Assembly (NCBI GenBank): GCA_965200245.1
Contig: CBDATS010000005.1
Coordinates: 640,001-704,000 of the forward strand
Direction of reading: 5' to 3'
DNA length: 64,000 nt
Source: a bacterium
GTDB lineage: Bacteria; UBA8248
Every line of letters begins with the position of its first letter. The first letter of the stretch is position 1. The notes under the pieces were generated by a model that was given only the letters and a program-made list of their open reading frames with translations, was not told where the DNA came from and ran no database searches. Position numbers and translations under genes: made by a program. This document shows, in pieces, positions 62,249 through 64,000 of the stretch.

Positions 62249-63029
62249 TTTTTTCCTCCAGCGCGTGCATGACGAAATACCGCTCATCCTCGCTGTCCGT
62301 AGTGAGAATTTCGGCATACACCTCAAAAGCCTTTTCGATGAACCGGGGTGTCAGGACGCTTCTTACGTCTCCCTGGACTAGTATTTCTCCCTGATGGAGC
62401 AGAACCAGGCGATCGCAGTAGCGGTGCGCGAGGTTCAGATCGTGGACGGAGACCACCACGGCGCGGCCCTCTTCGGCCTGTGCGCGCAGGATGGCGAGAA
62501 TGTCGAGACAGTGCCTGACGTCAAGATTCGCGAAAGGCTCGTCCAGCAGCAAGACGGGCGTTTGCATGGCAAGCGTTCTCGCGATCAGGACGCGCTGAAG
62601 CTCTCCGCCGGAGAGTTCGTTGACGGCGCGATTCGCCAGGTTTTCAGCGTCCATGTCGTGAAGGGCGGCGGCCACCGCCGCGCGGTCGTAATCCGTCTCG
62701 GGCGCGAGCCTGCCCTGGTGGGGATATCTCCCCATCATCACCGTCTCATCGACCCGAAAGGGAAAGTCGGGTTCGTGCTTCTGGGCAAGGTAGCCCACGC
62801 GGCGCGCTGTTTCCTTTCTGTCGAACGAGTCGATGGATTCACCCTCCAGCGAGATGCGCCCGCTCTTCACGGGCAGCAGACCCGCGAGCGCGCGCAGAAG
62901 CGTCGTCTTCCCCGCACCGTTCGGGCCGATGATACCTGTGAGTTCACCGTGCCGGAATTCGGCCGTAACACCCTGGAGCACGTCCCGCTCACCGAGTTCG
63001 ACGCATGCGTTCTCAGCCTTGAGCAGCAT
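62118..63029 (-). CDS. Siderophore/cobalamin/heme ABC transporter ATP-binding protein (FepC-like)
   Basis: GPNGAGKT, LSGGELQR, LLLDEP, HDLNLA. The 3' end overlaps the tonB-like gene. Confidence 0.92.
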   Translation of the reverse strand: MLLKAENACVELGERDVLQGVTAEFRHGELTGIIGPNGAGKTTLLRALAGLLPVKSGRISLEGESIDSFDRKETARRVGYLAQKHEPDFPFRVDETVMMGRYPHQGRLAPETDYDRAAVAAALHDMDAENLANRAVNELSGGELQRVLIARTLAMQTPVLLLDEPFANLDVRHCLDILAILRAQAEEGRAVVVSVHDLNLAHRYCDRLVLLHQGEILVQGDVRSVLTPRFIEKAFEVYAEILTTDSEDERYFVMHALEEKNENRQDPHRARFPPSLFVCAATCPGDKDVRGCSCRRGGASRAE

Positions 63030-64000
63030 CAGAACTTCTCCGCGCGCGCGCGATTTTTGACAATCAAGTACAGAAAAAACGGCCCGCCAATGCACGCAGA
63101 CAGAACACCCAGGCGTATCTCGCCGCCTGGTGCGAGCGTTCGCGCGAACAGGTCCATCCCCATCACGAAGGCTGCACCCGCAAACATACTCAGATAAAGA
63201 AGCCGGCGGTGGTCCGGCCCGGCCAACATCCGCACAATGTGGGGAACGAGCAGACCAACGAAGCCCACCACGCCCGCTACGGCCACTGACGATCCCGCCG
63301 CCGCCGCAGCGATTGTCAGTACACACACCCTCGTTCGAGCAGTGTTCACACCTAGTGCCATCGCGGATTCTTCTCCTGACATCATGAGGTTCAATTCGCG
63401 GCCGAAGAAGAGGGCGGCTGCACCAGTGGCGGCGAAAAACGGTGCGATGAGAATTACGTGCTCCCAGGTGCGATTCGTGAGACTCCCCATGAGCCAGAAT
63501 AGAATCTGGCGTGCGATCTCGAAATCGCTCACGCTATAGCTGAGCACGAGCGTCGTGAGCGCACCTGCGATAGAGTTCATCGCCATGCCGCACAAAATGA
63601 GCGCACCCAGCGGCGTGTGTCCTTTGTGCGAAGCGATGAGTGAGACGAGGAATGCTGTCGCCAGCGCGCCGCCGAAGGCACTTAAGGGTACGGCCCAGAT
63701 GGAGACGGCTCCGAAACCCAATGCGATGGCACTCGTAGCCCCCAGCGCGCCACCCGTGCTGACCCCGATGACGACGGGACTCGCCATCGGGTTTCGGAAA
63801 AGACTTTGTAGCATCACACCCGAATACGCGAGTGATGCACCCACGAAAGCGCCTGTGAGCGTCCGGGGAAGCCTGATATGCCAGATGATGACGCGCTCAT
63901 GCGCGGATACTTCTGCACTATTTTTGGAGAGAATACCCACCTCGCTCAGGATGACGTCGAGGATTTTCCCTCCTTCGATATCCACCACGCCCAGGCGGAT
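63029..64000 (-). CDS. FecCD/BtuC-family ABC permease, 5' end at or beyond the window edge
   Basis: IRLPR, LFRNPMA, FWLMGS, FVGLLVPH, GGPFFL. Confidence 0.94.
   Translation of the reverse strand: MRLGVVDIEGGKILDVILSEVGILSKNSAEVSAHERVIIWHIRLPRTLTGAFVGASLAYSGVMLQSLFRNPMASPVVIGVSTGGALGATSAIALGFGAVSIWAVPLSAFGGALATAFLVSLIASHKGHTPLGALILCGMAMNSIAGALTTLVLSYSVSDFEIARQILFWLMGSLTNRTWEHVILIAPFFAATGAAALFFGRELNLMMSGEESAMALGVNTARTRVCVLTIAAAAAGSSVAVAGVVGFVGLLVPHIVRMLAGPDHRRLLYLSMFAGAAFVMGMDLFARTLAPGGEIRLGVLSACIGGPFFLYLIVKNRARAEKF

Overview
Bacterial chromosomal window, GC-rich in coding regions, with most genes on the minus strand. Lineage cannot be fixed from sequence alone. About 1-23.6 kb is a housekeeping backbone: prmC (partial), prfA, an rpmE with a long tail, rho, coaE, two DUF507 genes, a WYL regulator, a PHP hydrolase, tRNA-Gly(CCC), a lipoate ligase, gcvPHT, an acyl-CoA dehydrogenase/hydroxyacyl-CoA dehydrogenase/thiolase trio, an RluA-family synthase, lspA, ileS, trpS and an M50 protease. 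About 23.8-37 kb mixes catabolic hydrolases with mazG, recD2, an lsrF-like gene and yhaM. About 37.5-61.2 kb is a dense accessory catabolic region: a broken gamma-glutamyltransferase, TAXI-TRAP, orphan binding proteins, cupins, paired Gfo/Idh/MocA oxidoreductases, an amidohydrolase, a sulfatase, MBL-fold enzymes, an enolase-family enzyme and an M28 peptidase. The window ends in a TonB/FecCD-type uptake operon. Two signals stand out because the ORF track misses them. (1) An AhpD/CMD-family gene (46615-47259) is split by an in-frame TGA exactly at the second Cys of the CxYC motif and is followed by a SECIS-like hairpin, so it is a probable selenoprotein coupled to an amidohydrolase. (2) A 968-bp AT-rich cassette (28045-29012) is bounded by perfect 14-bp terminal inverted repeats and carries small passenger ORFs but no transposase. 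No CRISPR array, rRNA or intact transposase was seen. All family assignments come from motif recognition by eye, not database searches.
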